A stretch of DNA of 64,000 nt from Candidatus Nomurabacteria bacterium (GCA_943353835.1 CALRBA010000001.1:17497-81496), one strand, 5' to 3'. Shown: positions 47,546 to 58,617, counted from the first letter of the stretch. Translations and numbers: made by a program. Notes: generated by a model from the letters alone, not told the origin.

Positions 47546-48040
47546 ATGGCAATATCAAAAGATAAGAAGCGCGCGATAATCGCGAAGCTCACAGACGCTT
47601 TTAAAGAAGCGTCTTCAGTCGCGTTTGTCAGTTTTTCAAAGCTCACTGTGAAGGATGCGTCTAGAGTTCGTAAAGAGCTTGCAGACGCGGGTGTGCGCTA
47701 CTACGTCGCCAAGAAGACACTACTTCTCATTGCTCTAAAGCAGCAAGGCTACGAAGGGCAAGCTCCTGACCTGCCGGGAGAAATTGCAGTCGCGTGGACT
47801 GCTACAGACACAGACACAACTGCACCAGCGCGTGGTGTGTATGACCTCGGTGAGAAACTGAAGGGCGCGATAGCGCTTGTCGGAGGAGTGTTTGAAGGTG
47901 TATTCGCGGACGCGACTAAGATGCTCGGCATCGCGACTATTCCGCCTATGCAAGTTCTTCGCGGAATGTTTGTAAATGTGCTCAACAGCCCGATACAGGG
48001 GTTGGTTATCGCGTTGAATGAAATTAGCAAAAAGAAATAA
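47546..48040 (+). CDS. rplJ: 50S ribosomal protein L10
   Basis: [22 protein letters not shown]; upstream of rplL. Confidence 0.95.
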   Translation: MAISKDKKRAIIAKLTDAFKEASSVAFVSFSKLTVKDASRVRKELADAGVRYYVAKKTLLLIALKQQGYEGQAPDLPGEIAVAWTATDTDTTAPARGVYDLGEKLKGAIALVGGVFEGVFADATKMLGIATIPPMQVLRGMFVNVLNSPIQGLVIALNEISKKK

Positions 48041-48048
48041 AATTATTT

Positions 48049-48480
48049 ATGGATGAAAATAAAATTGTAGAAGCAGAAGTTCCAACCAAAAACGAAGTTG
48101 AGATGGAAGTACCGAGCAAGTTCAAAAAACTTGTTGAAGAAGTAGAAACAATGACCGTCATTGAGCTCTCCGAGCTCGTGAAGGTTTTGGAAAAGAAGTT
48201 CGGAGTGAGCGCCTCCGCAGTCGCTGTCGCTGGTCCTGCCTCGGCAGGAGCTGCTGAAGAGGAAGTGAAATCAACAGCCGATGTTGAACTAACCGAAGTC
48301 GGTGCTAGCAAGATTGCCGTTATCAAGGCGGTAAAGGAGGCTCTCGGTCTCGGTCTTAAGGAAGCGAAGGATCTCGTAGATGGAGCCCCATCTATGTTGA
48401 AACAAGGAATGAAGAAAGAAGATGCGGCCGAGCTCGCCAAGAAGCTCACGGACGCCGGTGCGAAAGTCACTTTGAAGTAA
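48049..48480 (+). CDS. rplL: 50S ribosomal protein L7/L12
   Basis: [26 protein letters not shown]. Confidence 0.98.
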   Translation: MDENKIVEAEVPTKNEVEMEVPSKFKKLVEEVETMTVIELSELVKVLEKKFGVSASAVAVAGPASAGAAEEEVKSTADVELTEVGASKIAVIKAVKEALGLGLKEAKDLVDGAPSMLKQGMKKEDAAELAKKLTDAGAKVTLK

Positions 48481-48491
48481 TACGCTCACAG

Positions 48492-48525
48492 AAACCGCGT
48501 CCCGCCAGAGGTGGGACGCGGTTTT
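48492..48525 (+). terminator. Terminator after rplL
   Basis: AAACCGCGTCCCGCC-AGA-GGTGGGACGCGGTTTT. Confidence 0.8.
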
Positions 48526-48561
48526 GCGTTTTATCGCCCGACACATTACACTACCGACATT

Positions 48562-49170
48562 ATGGAACCCGCTTCGACTCGTCGTAATTCGTTTCAGCGA
48601 GGCGAGCCTCTCGCGAAAATCTTCGGCTCTCCAGCCCGTTTGAAAACAATCCGTTTTTTCGTATTCAACAAGAGTCAAACATTTACTCTCACCGAGATTG
48701 CACAGAAGACAAAACTCTCTAACGATGTAGCACACAGGGAACTCTCCGACCTTATTTCATCAGACCTTGTGCGGAAGAAGGGAACAGGTGTTCCTGTCCA
48801 CTATCAGACGAACCATAATTTTGAACATCTGGACGCTCTGGACTTATTCATTCGCGATACGACCAATGTGCGACCGAAGAGCTTGATAACTTCTCTGCGC
48901 CGAGCGGGAGTACTACGATTAGTCGTTTTATCAGGATTCTTCATGGGAGTACTTGAATCGCAGATTGACCTGCTTGTTGTAGGGGACCGTCTTGAAGAAA
49001 AAGTTCTCGCTGCTGTCGTGCGTTCTCTAGAAGCCGAGTTGGGACGTGAGATTCGCTATGCTTCTTTCATAACGGAGGACTTCCGCTATCGTCTGGGCGT
49101 ATACGACCGCCTTTTAAGGGATGTTTTTGACTATCCACACCGTCTTCTTGTGGATAAAATAGGGATTTAA
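48562..49170 (+). CDS. HTH plus nucleotidyltransferase-like conserved protein
   Basis: IFGSPARLK wHTH; LSGFF...IDLLVVGD. Confidence 0.75.
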   Translation: MEPASTRRNSFQRGEPLAKIFGSPARLKTIRFFVFNKSQTFTLTEIAQKTKLSNDVAHRELSDLISSDLVRKKGTGVPVHYQTNHNFEHLDALDLFIRDTTNVRPKSLITSLRRAGVLRLVVLSGFFMGVLESQIDLLVVGDRLEEKVLAAVVRSLEAELGREIRYASFITEDFRYRLGVYDRLLRDVFDYPHRLLVDKIGI

Positions 49171-49273
49171 AAATGATACACTTATAGGCAGATGCTCCGC
49201 ATGTCCCGCATCGGGACGTCCGAAGGGACGCATGCGAGAGCAAATTAATCACATAAACAAAGCGTTATTCACT

Positions 49274-49957
49274 ATGGTATTCACTACTTGGGCGGATGTG
49301 CTTAGCCAATCTTTTCAGAACTTGTTCTACGGTTTGGTCGCATTCATCCCGAATCTGGTTGTAGCAGTCGTTATATTTATCGTCGGCTGGCTCGTAGGAG
49401 TCGGTCTCGGTCGTGTTGTCAAGCAGGTAGTAGACGCTCTTCGTGTTGACAATGCTCTTCGGTCAACAGGCATCGAGCGACTGCTCTCTCGCTCCGGCTT
49501 TGAGCTCTCATCCGGCAAGTTCCTAGGCTTTCTCGTTGAATGGTTCTTCATTATCGTCTTCTTGAAAGCGTCTCTGGACGTACTCGGCCTGACGAAAGTG
49601 AATCTCTTCATTAGCGAGGTTGTTCTCGGATACCTCCCGCAAGTGATTGTCGCAGTTCTCATCCTGCTCGTCGCGGCAGTTGTCGCAGAGGCGGCAGAAC
49701 GCGTTGTTGTTGGCTCGGCAAAAGCGGCATCTCTGCGCGCAGCCGGATTCATCGGCAAGGTGACACGATATTCAATCTGGATATTCGCGCTTCTCGCGGC
49801 ACTCGCACAGCTAAATGTGGCTACGGCGTTTGTACAGACGCTCTTCACGGGCGTTGTCATCGCTGTGTCGCTCGCGATAGGACTCTCCTTCGGTCTCGGT
49901 GGTCAATCGTCAGCGGCTCGCTATCTGGACAAACTTCAATCAGAAATCAGGGATTAA
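49274..49957 (+). CDS. TM-helix repeat/MscS-related membrane protein
   Basis: FIPNLVVAV, YLPQVIVAV, AIGLSFGLGG. Confidence 0.88.
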   Translation: MVFTTWADVLSQSFQNLFYGLVAFIPNLVVAVVIFIVGWLVGVGLGRVVKQVVDALRVDNALRSTGIERLLSRSGFELSSGKFLGFLVEWFFIIVFLKASLDVLGLTKVNLFISEVVLGYLPQVIVAVLILLVAAVVAEAAERVVVGSAKAASLRAAGFIGKVTRYSIWIFALLAALAQLNVATAFVQTLFTGVVIAVSLAIGLSFGLGGQSSAARYLDKLQSEIRD

Positions 49958-49968
49958 TGGAATATTCT

Positions 49969-50003
49969 CGAAAAACCGCCCCGCTCTCGCGGGGCGGTTT
50001 TCG
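49969..50003 (+). terminator. Intrinsic terminator
   Basis: AAAACCGCCCCGC-TCTC-GCGGGGCGGTTTT. Confidence 0.8.
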
Positions 50004-50151
50004 TTTACAGGCATTTATCATCTCCTTAAGTATGACCGGTCGGTCAAAGATAAGAATATTTACAGATGACCCATTTTGCTCTGCGCACTACAGGCACTTG
50101 CGTATCTTCTACAGGGGGGTAAAATCGGGGCATTAGAAATTTACTTTGAAT

Positions 50152-50730
50152 ATGTTCGAAAAATCCACAGCAAAAAATAAAGATTCATTACCAAATTCAA
50201 GTAGCGAAAACACAGGCGAAGCTACATTGGCGATTCTCAAGTCACAAGCAGTGAATGTCGACGGGGTCTATTTTAAAGGAATAGCAAACAGAGAACGAAG
50301 GGATGGGAAGTTAGTTAATGGTTTGTCCGAAGTAAAGTACAACCCCCTTACGTGGAACGAAAATTCTGGAGTTATCATGTTCGCGGATAGTGAGGGAAAA
50401 CAGTTTGCTACACCGAGCAATAACAGGGTCCGAGAAATGCTTTTTAAAGATCAGGCGTTCAAACGTGCTGAGGGGATGGGTGTATTAAACCTGAGCGATG
50501 TAGAAGGAACTTGGGGCGACAAAGAAAATGCAGAAAACAACTCGACTTTTCGAGGATGGAGAGAGATTGCTCTTCAGAATCGAGCTGTTCAGGAACGTGA
50601 GTCGGCAGCAATGCGAGCGGAACAAGATGCAGCAACAGCCGCGTCCACTAAGGAGTTAGCCGACAGGGGAGAAGCGCAGAAACTTGCGGCCGAAATGCAG
50701 ACCAAATATGGCAGGGCTGATAAGCAGTAG
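50152..50730 (+). CDS. Hypothetical protein
   Basis: About 190-aa ORF with helical charged C-terminus; no family recognised. Confidence 0.65.
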   Translation: MFEKSTAKNKDSLPNSSSENTGEATLAILKSQAVNVDGVYFKGIANRERRDGKLVNGLSEVKYNPLTWNENSGVIMFADSEGKQFATPSNNRVREMLFKDQAFKRAEGMGVLNLSDVEGTWGDKENAENNSTFRGWREIALQNRAVQERESAAMRAEQDAATAASTKELADRGEAQKLAAEMQTKYGRADKQ

Positions 50731-50773
50731 CATTTGTTTAATAGTAAGTTTTATAAACTAAAATAGTAAAATA

Positions 50774-50911
50774 ATGCAAATTTATGCCGATCTTGAAGTG
50801 GAAGAAGGGGAAAAGAGTGAGAAAAATAATGATGGGCCAACTCCAAAAGATCCAGAAACGGAACAGCACCAAGGAGATGAACCAGATTCAGAAGAAACGC
50901 AATTAGCGTAA
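50774..50911 (+). CDS. Possible 45-aa acidic peptide
   Basis: MQIYADLEVEEGEKSEKNNDGPTPKDPETEQHQGDEPDSEETQLA. Confidence 0.35.
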   Translation: MQIYADLEVEEGEKSEKNNDGPTPKDPETEQHQGDEPDSEETQLA

Positions 50912-50947
50912 AACCGTTTAAAGAGCAAATGATGGCATACAAGCTTG

Positions 50948-50976
50948 TTGACAGGGATTTGCGCCTACCCTATACT
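50948..50976 (+). promoter_or_regulatory. Strong sigma70 promoter upstream of 23S rRNA
   Basis: TTGACA-N17-TATACT. Confidence 0.85.
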
Positions 50977-51778
50977 CCCTCTACGTGTCTACGAACCGAA
51001 AAACTTACTTTTTAGGAGCGGATAGGCCGTAAGGCCTCGGGTGCACAGAGCACACGAAAACCGCCCCTTGGGGCGGTTTTCGTTTCGGATGATGACACTG
51101 ATTTTTGACATACGAATATGCATTGGTGAATCGCCCCTGAAAAGGCGATTCATGCCCGCGGCTTGCCGCGGGCGAATTGAAATTAAAGTGTGAATAAAAG
51201 AATGTGCTATGTAGGTCTCCGTACGAGAGACATAAGAGTACACGGTGGATGCCTTGGCCTAGGACGGCTATGAAGGACGCGACTAACCTGCGAAAAGCTT
51301 CGGGGAGGCGGTTTGTAGCCTTTGATCCGGAGATATCCGAATGGGGAAACCCTACAGTTTTGAACTGTAATCTACGAGGTAACTCTTGTATGATGCGAAC
51401 CCTGGGAAGTGAAACATCTCAGTACCAGGAGGAAAAGAGAACAATAGGTGTTGCGTTCCGTCGGCGCGTATGTTCGTGCTGATGGAACGCAACACTCGTG
51501 ATACCCTAAGTAGCGGCGAGCGAAAAGGGAAAAGCCCAAACCGTTTTCTTCGGAAAGCGGGGTTGTAAGATGCGAACGTCCAATTTATTGGAAAAGAGTT
51601 ACAAAATGTCTATATAACAGAAGCTGCTGGGAAGCAGCGCCCCAGAGGGTAATGGCCCCGTATGTGAAATATATGACGACTCTTGTTTGTATTCTTGAGT
51701 AGCTCCAGACACGAATAGCTGGAGTGAATCTGCCGGAACTAACCGGTAAGGCTAAATACGTCCTATGACCGATAGTGA

Positions 51779-51812
<34 letters not shown>

Positions 51813-52382
51813 GAGAGGGGAGTGAAATAGACCTGAAACCGTGTACTTACAAGGGGTCGGAGCGGAATTTATTCCGTGACGGCATGCCTATTGAAGAATG
51901 AGCCGGCGAGTGTATATATCTTGCGTAGCTAAGCCCTTCCGGGGCGGAGCTTAAGGGAAACCGAGCGTGAATAGCGCATTAGTAGGATATATACGACCCG
52001 AAGCCAGATGAGCTTGCCATGAGCAGGGTGAAGTTTGTCGAAAGACAGATGGAGGCCCGAACCCGTAGGTCGTACAACGCCTTGGGATGACTTGTGGTAA
52101 GGAGTGAAAAGCTAATCGAATCTGGGAATAGCTGGTTCTCTCCGAAACAGCTTTTGGGCTGGCGTTGCCATAACGTGCGTGTGGGGGTAGAGCACTGGAA
52201 GGGACCAACAGGGAGAAATCTCGTGGTTCCTATCAAACTCCGAATACCATACGCTCCGGGCAGCAGTTAGAAGGTGGGGGCGAAGCTCCATCGATCGAGA
52301 GGGGAAGAGCCCTGATCGCCAATTAAGGCCCCAAAATCGACGCTCAGTACATCACAAGGAAGTGAGGACTCATTGACAGTGA

Positions 52383-52414
<32 letters not shown>

Positions 52415-53826
52415 GAAAGCGTAACAGCTCACTCATCGAGAGTCCTTGCGCCGAAGATGATCGGGGTTAAGCGTCGTGCCGAAATTGCGGGTGTGCGATT
52501 TTTTAGAAAGTCGTACGCGGTAGGAGAGCGTTGTGTTCGCACTGAAGCTTAAGGGGTAACCCAAGGTGGAGCGTACACAAGTGAGAATGCCGGTACAAGT
52601 AACCACAATGCGGGTGAGAACCCCGCACGTCGAAAGACCAAGGTTTCCTCAGCTATGGTGATCAACTGAGGGTTAGTCGGGCCTAAGGGGATGGCGAGAG
52701 CCGCACCCGATGGACACACGGTTAATATTCCGTGACCGTTTATAAAGGCAATGGAGTGACGAACTGCTGTATGTGTTGCCCATTATTGGATTTGGGTCTG
52801 CGCAGTGAGGGCGTGTATTAGGTAAATCCGGTACACATTACCCCAAGCTGTGACGCAATTTCCTTCTACGGAGGGAGAGAGAGTGCAAAGCGCGGTTTCA
52901 AGAAAATCTTCTACGCATCAACTTTATAGACGACCGTACCGCAAACCGACACAGGTGGTCAGCTCGAGTAGAGTAAGACGAACGAGTAAGATGTCCTCAA
53001 GGAACTCGGCAAACAAGCGGCCGTAAGTTAGCGATAAGGCCTGCCCCTTTCTCGCAAGAGAGAGGGGCCGCAGTGAAAGTTTTCCTGGCAACTGTTTACC
53101 AAAAACACAGCTCCCTGCAAACTCGTAAGAGGAAGTATAGGGGGTGACACCTGACCAATGCCGGAAGGTCAACCATGGTGGGTACACATACTTCGGTGTG
53201 TGTGCTGGACTATGTAAGCCCCGGTGAATGTCGGCGATAACTATAATCGTCCTAAGGTAGCGTAATTCCTTGTCGGGTAAGTTCCGACGTGCACGAATGG
53301 TGTAATGACTGGGAAACTGTCTCGAGGACTCGCTCGGTGAAAATGCACTTCCGGTGAAGATGCCGGATACCTGTAGTTAGACGAAAAGACCCCAGGAGCT
53401 TTACTACAGCTTCGTATTGGCGTTACGTGCTGCATGCGTAGTATAGAGGTCAGACTTTGAAGCATCGGTTTCGGCTGGTGTGGAGTCAACAATGAAATAG
53501 CCTTCTTGCTGTGTGTAACGTCTAACCCCGTTGGGATCCAACGGGGGACCGTGCGTGGCGGGTAGTTTTGGTGGGGCGCTATCCTCCTAAAAAGTAACGG
53601 AGGAGTCTATTAAGGTTCTCTAGGCGCGAATGGAAACCGTGCCGATAGTGTAATGGCATAAGAGAGCTTAACTGCAAGGGGTACATCCCAAGCAGATGCG
53701 AAAGCAGAGCATAGTGAACCGATGGTACGCCTTAGATGCGGCCAGAGATTAACGGATATAAGTTACCCTGGGGATAACAGGCTAGTTCCGCCCAAGCGTC
53801 CTTAGCGACGGCGGAGTTCGGCACCT

Positions 53827-54650
53827 TAACGAATCGGGGTGCCATGCGAGTAATCGCATGAGTCTGGCTGGTACGGTTGGCTCTCGCGCCAACCGCCAGT
53901 GTGCAAAATATGGCTTATAACGGTGAAATCCATTGTAAAATGGACAATACCGTGGGAAGTCTAACGCAATTACAGCGATCAATAATTATCGGAACCATTC
54001 TTGGTGACGGATATTTACGGATCATTTCAGGAAAGAAAAATGCACTTCTCGAAATCAATCACTCTTTCTCACAGAAAGACTATGTTGATTGGAAATACAA
54101 AATGTTAGAAACATTATGTAAGAGTGCGCCAAAGGCTCGCAAAAGTAACGGGACGCGAATAGCGTATCGCTTTACGACGAGACAACATCCTGAAATGACA
54201 AAGCTCTATACACGCTTCTATGGAGAAGGTAAAAAGAGTATTCCAAAGTATTTAGCACTGAATCCGATAATGCTGGCTGTATGGTTCATGGATGATGGAA
54301 GTCGGTGTCGAGCATCTGACGTGTATCTCAATACACAACAGTTTACTCGTACAGATCAAGAGAAGTTGAGAGCGATGCTTTCTTCTCTCGGTATCGAGAG
54401 TAGTCTGAATAAAGATAAAGAATATTCAAGAATTCGAATCAAAAAATCTTCAATATCGAATTTCTTTCAGATAATTTCTCCGTACGTGGTTCCATCAATG
54501 ACATACAAGATTGGGTTATGACCCCGTAGAGACTTGTTCTTAACTGAACAGAGCCGCCAATTGGCGGCTAACACGCCATCTCCTTTTGTGTGATCGAAAG
54601 GATGAAGATATAGTCCGATCCTTCCAGTAATGGAAGAGTAATTTCGACAG
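53827..54650 (+). mobile_element. Group I intron at 23S position 2500 (E. coli numbering)
   Basis: Interrupts GGCACCT|CGATGTC; ends in G; P1 partner GGGGTGCC; core motifs GTAGAGACT and GATATAGTCC. Confidence 0.95.
53940..54521 (+). CDS. LAGLIDADG homing endonuclease (two motifs)
   Basis: [10 protein letters not shown] and LAVWFMDDG motifs; start uncertain (53877, 53910 or 53940). Confidence 0.93.
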   Translation: MDNTVGSLTQLQRSIIIGTILGDGYLRIISGKKNALLEINHSFSQKDYVDWKYKMLETLCKSAPKARKSNGTRIAYRFTTRQHPEMTKLYTRFYGEGKKSIPKYLALNPIMLAVWFMDDGSRCRASDVYLNTQQFTRTDQEKLRAMLSSLGIESSLNKDKEYSRIRIKKSSISNFFQIISPYVVPSMTYKIGL

Positions 54651-54743
54651 CGATGTCGGCTCACCATAGCGCGGGGGTGGAGAAGCTCCCAAGCGTTTGG
54701 CTGTTCGCCAATTAAAATGGTACGCGAGCTGGGTTCAAACCGT

Positions 54744-55082
54744 GCAGAACGTCATAGCAAGGCCTCGCCTTGCTATGGTAGATTGCACGGTTTGAACCCA
54801 CGAGGAATTGTTAGGTGCGTGGAGACGCACTGTGCGAAGACATACTTACGGCGGTCGCGCGCAGGAATGCACGCGAAGAAATCAACTTATATCGGTGAAA
54901 TCCAATCGCGTTGTGTACGCGAGGACAACACCGAGGGAAGAGTGGAGTCAGTGTTCGCTTGGCCGAGATTATTCGGCATAAGTGTTCGCTTCGCTCCCTT
55001 ACCCCTAGAGACTGAATGTTGATCAGCGAGAACCGCTGAAGTTACAGTCCGATCCTCCGAGTAATCGGAGTAAACGTAGATG
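54744..55082 (+). mobile_element. ORF-less group I intron at 23S position 2593
   Basis: Interrupts AAACCGT|CGTGAGAC; ends in G; core CGGTGAAATCC, CTAGAGACT, TACAGTCC similar to first intron. Confidence 0.92.
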
Positions 55083-55433
55083 CGTGAGACAGGTTGGTCT
55101 CCTATCTACTACAGGCGTTGATTCTTGAGGAGGGTCGTCCCTAGTACGAGAGGACCGGGATGAACTGACCTCTGGTCTACCAGCTGTCCTGCCAAGGGCA
55201 CCGCTGGGTAGCTATGTCGGGTTGCGATAACCGCTGAAAGCATATAAGCGGGAAACGTGCTCCAAGATTAGGAATCGTTATGAGACTCGTGAGAGATTAT
55301 CACGTTGATAGGCTCTAGGTGGAAGTGCCGTAAGGCATGGAGCCGAGGAGTACTAATATGTCCAGTCTCTCGTGCGGAACTCTGTATAGCACTTCATTTT
55401 GTTTTCACTTTGTTTTAAATACCAATGCACGTG

Positions 55434-55508
55434 CCCTGCGTAGCTTCAGCGAAGCAGGGTATTCGTATACCGACACCGTGCCCTTCGTAGCTTTATGCGA
55501 AGTAGGGC
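55434..55508. repeat. Two palindromic mini-repeats in the 23S-5S spacer
   Basis: CCCTGCGTAGCTTCAGCGAAGCAGGG and GCCCTTCGTAGCTTTATGCGAAGTAGGGC. Confidence 0.8.
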
Positions 55509-55521
55509 TTCGAGTGTTCGG

Positions 55522-55636
55522 TTCTGGTGGTTTGGCGGGAGGGTCATACCCGTTCTCATTCCGAACACGGCAGTCAAGCCTCCTAGCGGCGATGGTACTC
55601 ATCGTTTCAGATGGGGAGAGTAGCTAACCGCCAGAA
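55522..55636 (+). rRNA. rrf: 5S rRNA
   Basis: TCTGGTGG...CCCGTTCTCATTCCGAACACGG...GATGGTACT...GAGAGTAG...CCGCCAGA. Confidence 0.95.
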
Positions 55637-55697
55637 CCGAGCATTTGAAGCAAATGCCACGCAGGCATCCTGCGCGGCGTTTTGTTATACTATCGGC

Positions 55698-56462
55698 ATG
55701 AGTTGGGCCGCACGGAGGAGGTTTATTATTCTGCTGATTGTCGGCGCGGTTTTTGTTGCGTTTCTGACGACGGTAGGTATTGCGACTTTTTATAAAGCGC
55801 CGTCGTGTTCTGACGGTAAACAGAATCAGAACGAAACCGGCGTAGATTGCGGGGGAGCGTGCCAATACCTATGTATTGAACAGCAATATCCGCCGACAGT
55901 ATTATTTACAAAAGCGATTAAAAACGGCGAAGGGCGCGTTGACGTAATTGCAAAAGTAGAAAATAAAAACGCAGATGCGGCCGCAAAAAACGTTCGGTAT
56001 AAAATTACACTCTACGGCTCCGACCAGTCTCTTATTCAGGAAATGACCGGAATTCTTGACTTGCCACCAAGTGCGAGCGTTCCTGTATTCGTACCAAACA
56101 TACCGTCTGGTAAACAGACCATAGTAAACGCCTTTCTTGATATAAATCAGTCTTCACTGCAATGGTTTTCTATGTCGTCTAATACCAGCATTGTGCCGAC
56201 TGTCTCTAATGTAAAACAAATTGGAACAACATCGGCACCGCGCATTGAAGCTATTCTCACGAATACAAGCGTTTCTACTCTCACTAACGTGAAGGCGATT
56301 GTTCTGGTGCGTAACGATAAAGGAGACGTTATTGCCACATCATCCACAATTATTCCTACGATACCGGCACAAGGCAGGGCGACCGCCACGTTTACTTGGA
56401 ATAGTGAGTTTCCAGAAGTACCTGCTTCTATAGAAGTTGTGCCGATTGTTCCACTTCTCTAA
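55698..56462 (+). CDS. Membrane-anchored hypothetical protein with Cys motif
   Basis: TM plus PSCSDGKQNQNETGVDCGGAC. Confidence 0.8.
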   Translation: MSWAARRRFIILLIVGAVFVAFLTTVGIATFYKAPSCSDGKQNQNETGVDCGGACQYLCIEQQYPPTVLFTKAIKNGEGRVDVIAKVENKNADAAAKNVRYKITLYGSDQSLIQEMTGILDLPPSASVPVFVPNIPSGKQTIVNAFLDINQSSLQWFSMSSNTSIVPTVSNVKQIGTTSAPRIEAILTNTSVSTLTNVKAIVLVRNDKGDVIATSSTIIPTIPAQGRATATFTWNSEFPEVPASIEVVPIVPLL

Positions 56463-56464
56463 TA

Positions 56465-57598
56465 ATGTTTTCCTTATTGCCGTTGCGTCCGCGTTTATTC
56501 ATTGATTGGACACTGCTTCTTCCTGCACTTACCATCTCACTTTTGGGTATTCTAACCATAAGCACATTCGGAGAGGGTGCGTCGTTCGCTCCGCGTCAGA
56601 TGCTCTGGCTCGCGATTTCATTATGTGTGTATCTTGGAATGTCAAAATTAGACATGAGTTTTATTCGCCGTACTCCAGTGGTGATGGCGATGTATGCACT
56701 CGCACTCGCACTTCTCGCGTCCCTTCTTTTATTTGCCGACCCCGTTCAGGGCGCACGTGCGTGGTTCTCGTTCGGACCAATATCTTTTCAACCGGCGGAT
56801 TTCGCCAAGCTCACTCTCATCGCACTTCTCGCGAAGTATCTGTCGCGACGACATGTAGAGATAGGAGATTTTCGCCACATCATTGTTTCAGGTATATATT
56901 CACTCGCTCTTATCCTTCTTATTCTAGTAGAACCGGACATGGGGAATGCAATTATACTCGGCACTATCTGGCTCGGTATGATGCTTGTCTCCGGTATTTC
57001 AAAAAAGCATCTCATCATACTTGGGCTTATCGGTCTCGTGGTGGCATCTCTCCTATGGTTTGAAGGTCTAAAGCCGTATCAGCGTACACGGATTATTTCT
57101 TTCGTTAATCCGGCAGCCGATATTCAAGGCTCCGGTTATAATGCGTATCAGGCCAAGATTGCGGTAGGTTCAGGAGAATTGTTCGGCAAAGGTATCGGCT
57201 ACGGTACTCAATCCAAACTGCGTTTCCTGCCAGAGTATCAGACCGATTTCATTTTCGCTGCGTTCGCGGAGGAGTGGGGTTTCATAGGTGTTGCACTACT
57301 GCTATCCATGTACGCACTTCTTTTCGCAAGACTCGCGCAGATCGCTAGAGAGTCGGCAACTAACTTTGACGCCTTCTTTACGCTCGGCGTGCTCATTCTC
57401 TTTGCATCACATGTTGCGATACATGCAGGAATCAATATCGGTCTTCTTCCCGTAACGGGAACCACGATACCTTTTATGAGTTCTGGAGGATCGCATCTCG
57501 TACTTGAATTTGCCGCACTCGGTATCGTCACCTCGCTTGCGCGCCACGGCAGAGCGACCGTACGCGATATAAGTGCGAACGAATACTTTGGCGGTTAA
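56465..57598 (+). CDS. rodA: SEDS family peptidoglycan polymerase (RodA/FtsW)
   Basis: GARAW, FQPADFAK, EPDMG, LPEYQTDFIF, PFMSSGGS. Confidence 0.93.
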   Translation: MFSLLPLRPRLFIDWTLLLPALTISLLGILTISTFGEGASFAPRQMLWLAISLCVYLGMSKLDMSFIRRTPVVMAMYALALALLASLLLFADPVQGARAWFSFGPISFQPADFAKLTLIALLAKYLSRRHVEIGDFRHIIVSGIYSLALILLILVEPDMGNAIILGTIWLGMMLVSGISKKHLIILGLIGLVVASLLWFEGLKPYQRTRIISFVNPAADIQGSGYNAYQAKIAVGSGELFGKGIGYGTQSKLRFLPEYQTDFIFAAFAEEWGFIGVALLLSMYALLFARLAQIARESATNFDAFFTLGVLILFASHVAIHAGINIGLLPVTGTTIPFMSSGGSHLVLEFAALGIVTSLARHGRATVRDISANEYFGG

Positions 57599-58572
57599 CC
57601 GTACAGATTCACAGTTTTCTTAACCATTTGCTCCAGAGAGAACCCGCTCATATTTTTAGCATCAAGAATCTCACCAACGCCACCAATACGATTAGCGAGG
57701 ATGGGAATACCCGCAAGCTTTGCCTCTAGAAGTACATATGGAAGACCTTCTTTTATGGAAGGTAGTGCGAATACGTCAAAACCCTTTAGAACATCTCTTG
57801 CGGGAATGAATCCAAATAACTTCACGCGGTCCCCAAGACTATATTTTCTTATTTTATCTTCTAGGTTTTGTTTCTTTTCACCCTCGCCAACTATTGCCAC
57901 ATACATGTCGTGATTATTTTTTGCCTCTTCAATAAGCGCTATCTGGTTTTTATTTTTATTCAGCTCGCCGATAGTGCCAGTGATAGTTACGCTATCTGGG
58001 AAAGCGTTGCGAATTTCTTCTCCTGAACCGAATTGCATGTCTAGGTCAATACCGTTGTAGACTCTGACAGTTTTTTGGCCGACAAAAGGCATTCGACTGG
58101 CGACACGCAGGTCATAATCGGAGATGCAAATGGTCGTGTGAGCCAAAAGCACTGTTGCCCATGAAGCAAACCAAATCGCGCTTCGCGCGGATATGTTTCT
58201 CTGTTCCCAAAACGGCCAGCCATGCGCCGTAAAAACTATTCTTTTAACGCCCGCGCATCGCGCCGCCAGCGCCCCGATACCTCCGGCTTTAGAACTGTTT
58301 AGATGTACGATGTCCGGTTTTTCCGAGCGAAACAGTCGTAGCAATTCAAAAAAGCTTTTTATATCTGCAGTTATTGAGACGTCTCGTTGCAGAGCCCGGA
58401 TTGGAAAAGTAGCGATGCCAACTCCATGCAGTTTTTTTGCGAGTAGTCCTTCCTGCCCGAACGCTACACCTACTTCAAACTCATCTTTTGGCAATGCCAT
58501 AGCGAGGTCGTAGACATACCGCTGGGCGCCGCCCCAGTTACTTTTTGTTATTACAAATAAGATTTTTTTCAT
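57595..58572 (-). CDS. GT4 family glycosyltransferase
   Basis: GGAQRY, PDIVHLNSSKAG, EGLPYVLLEA. Confidence 0.93.
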   Translation of the reverse strand: MKKILFVITKSNWGGAQRYVYDLAMALPKDEFEVGVAFGQEGLLAKKLHGVGIATFPIRALQRDVSITADIKSFFELLRLFRSEKPDIVHLNSSKAGGIGALAARCAGVKRIVFTAHGWPFWEQRNISARSAIWFASWATVLLAHTTICISDYDLRVASRMPFVGQKTVRVYNGIDLDMQFGSGEEIRNAFPDSVTITGTIGELNKNKNQIALIEEAKNNHDMYVAIVGEGEKKQNLEDKIRKYSLGDRVKLFGFIPARDVLKGFDVFALPSIKEGLPYVLLEAKLAGIPILANRIGGVGEILDAKNMSGFSLEQMVKKTVNLYG

Positions 58573-58617
58573 ACATGCAACTGTACAATACATTTTCACG
58601 TTATAGTATCCATACGT

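Noticed and set aside
50774-50911. tmRNA tag reading frame (peptide ends QLA)
   Set aside because: No tRNA-like tmRNA ends in the flanks.
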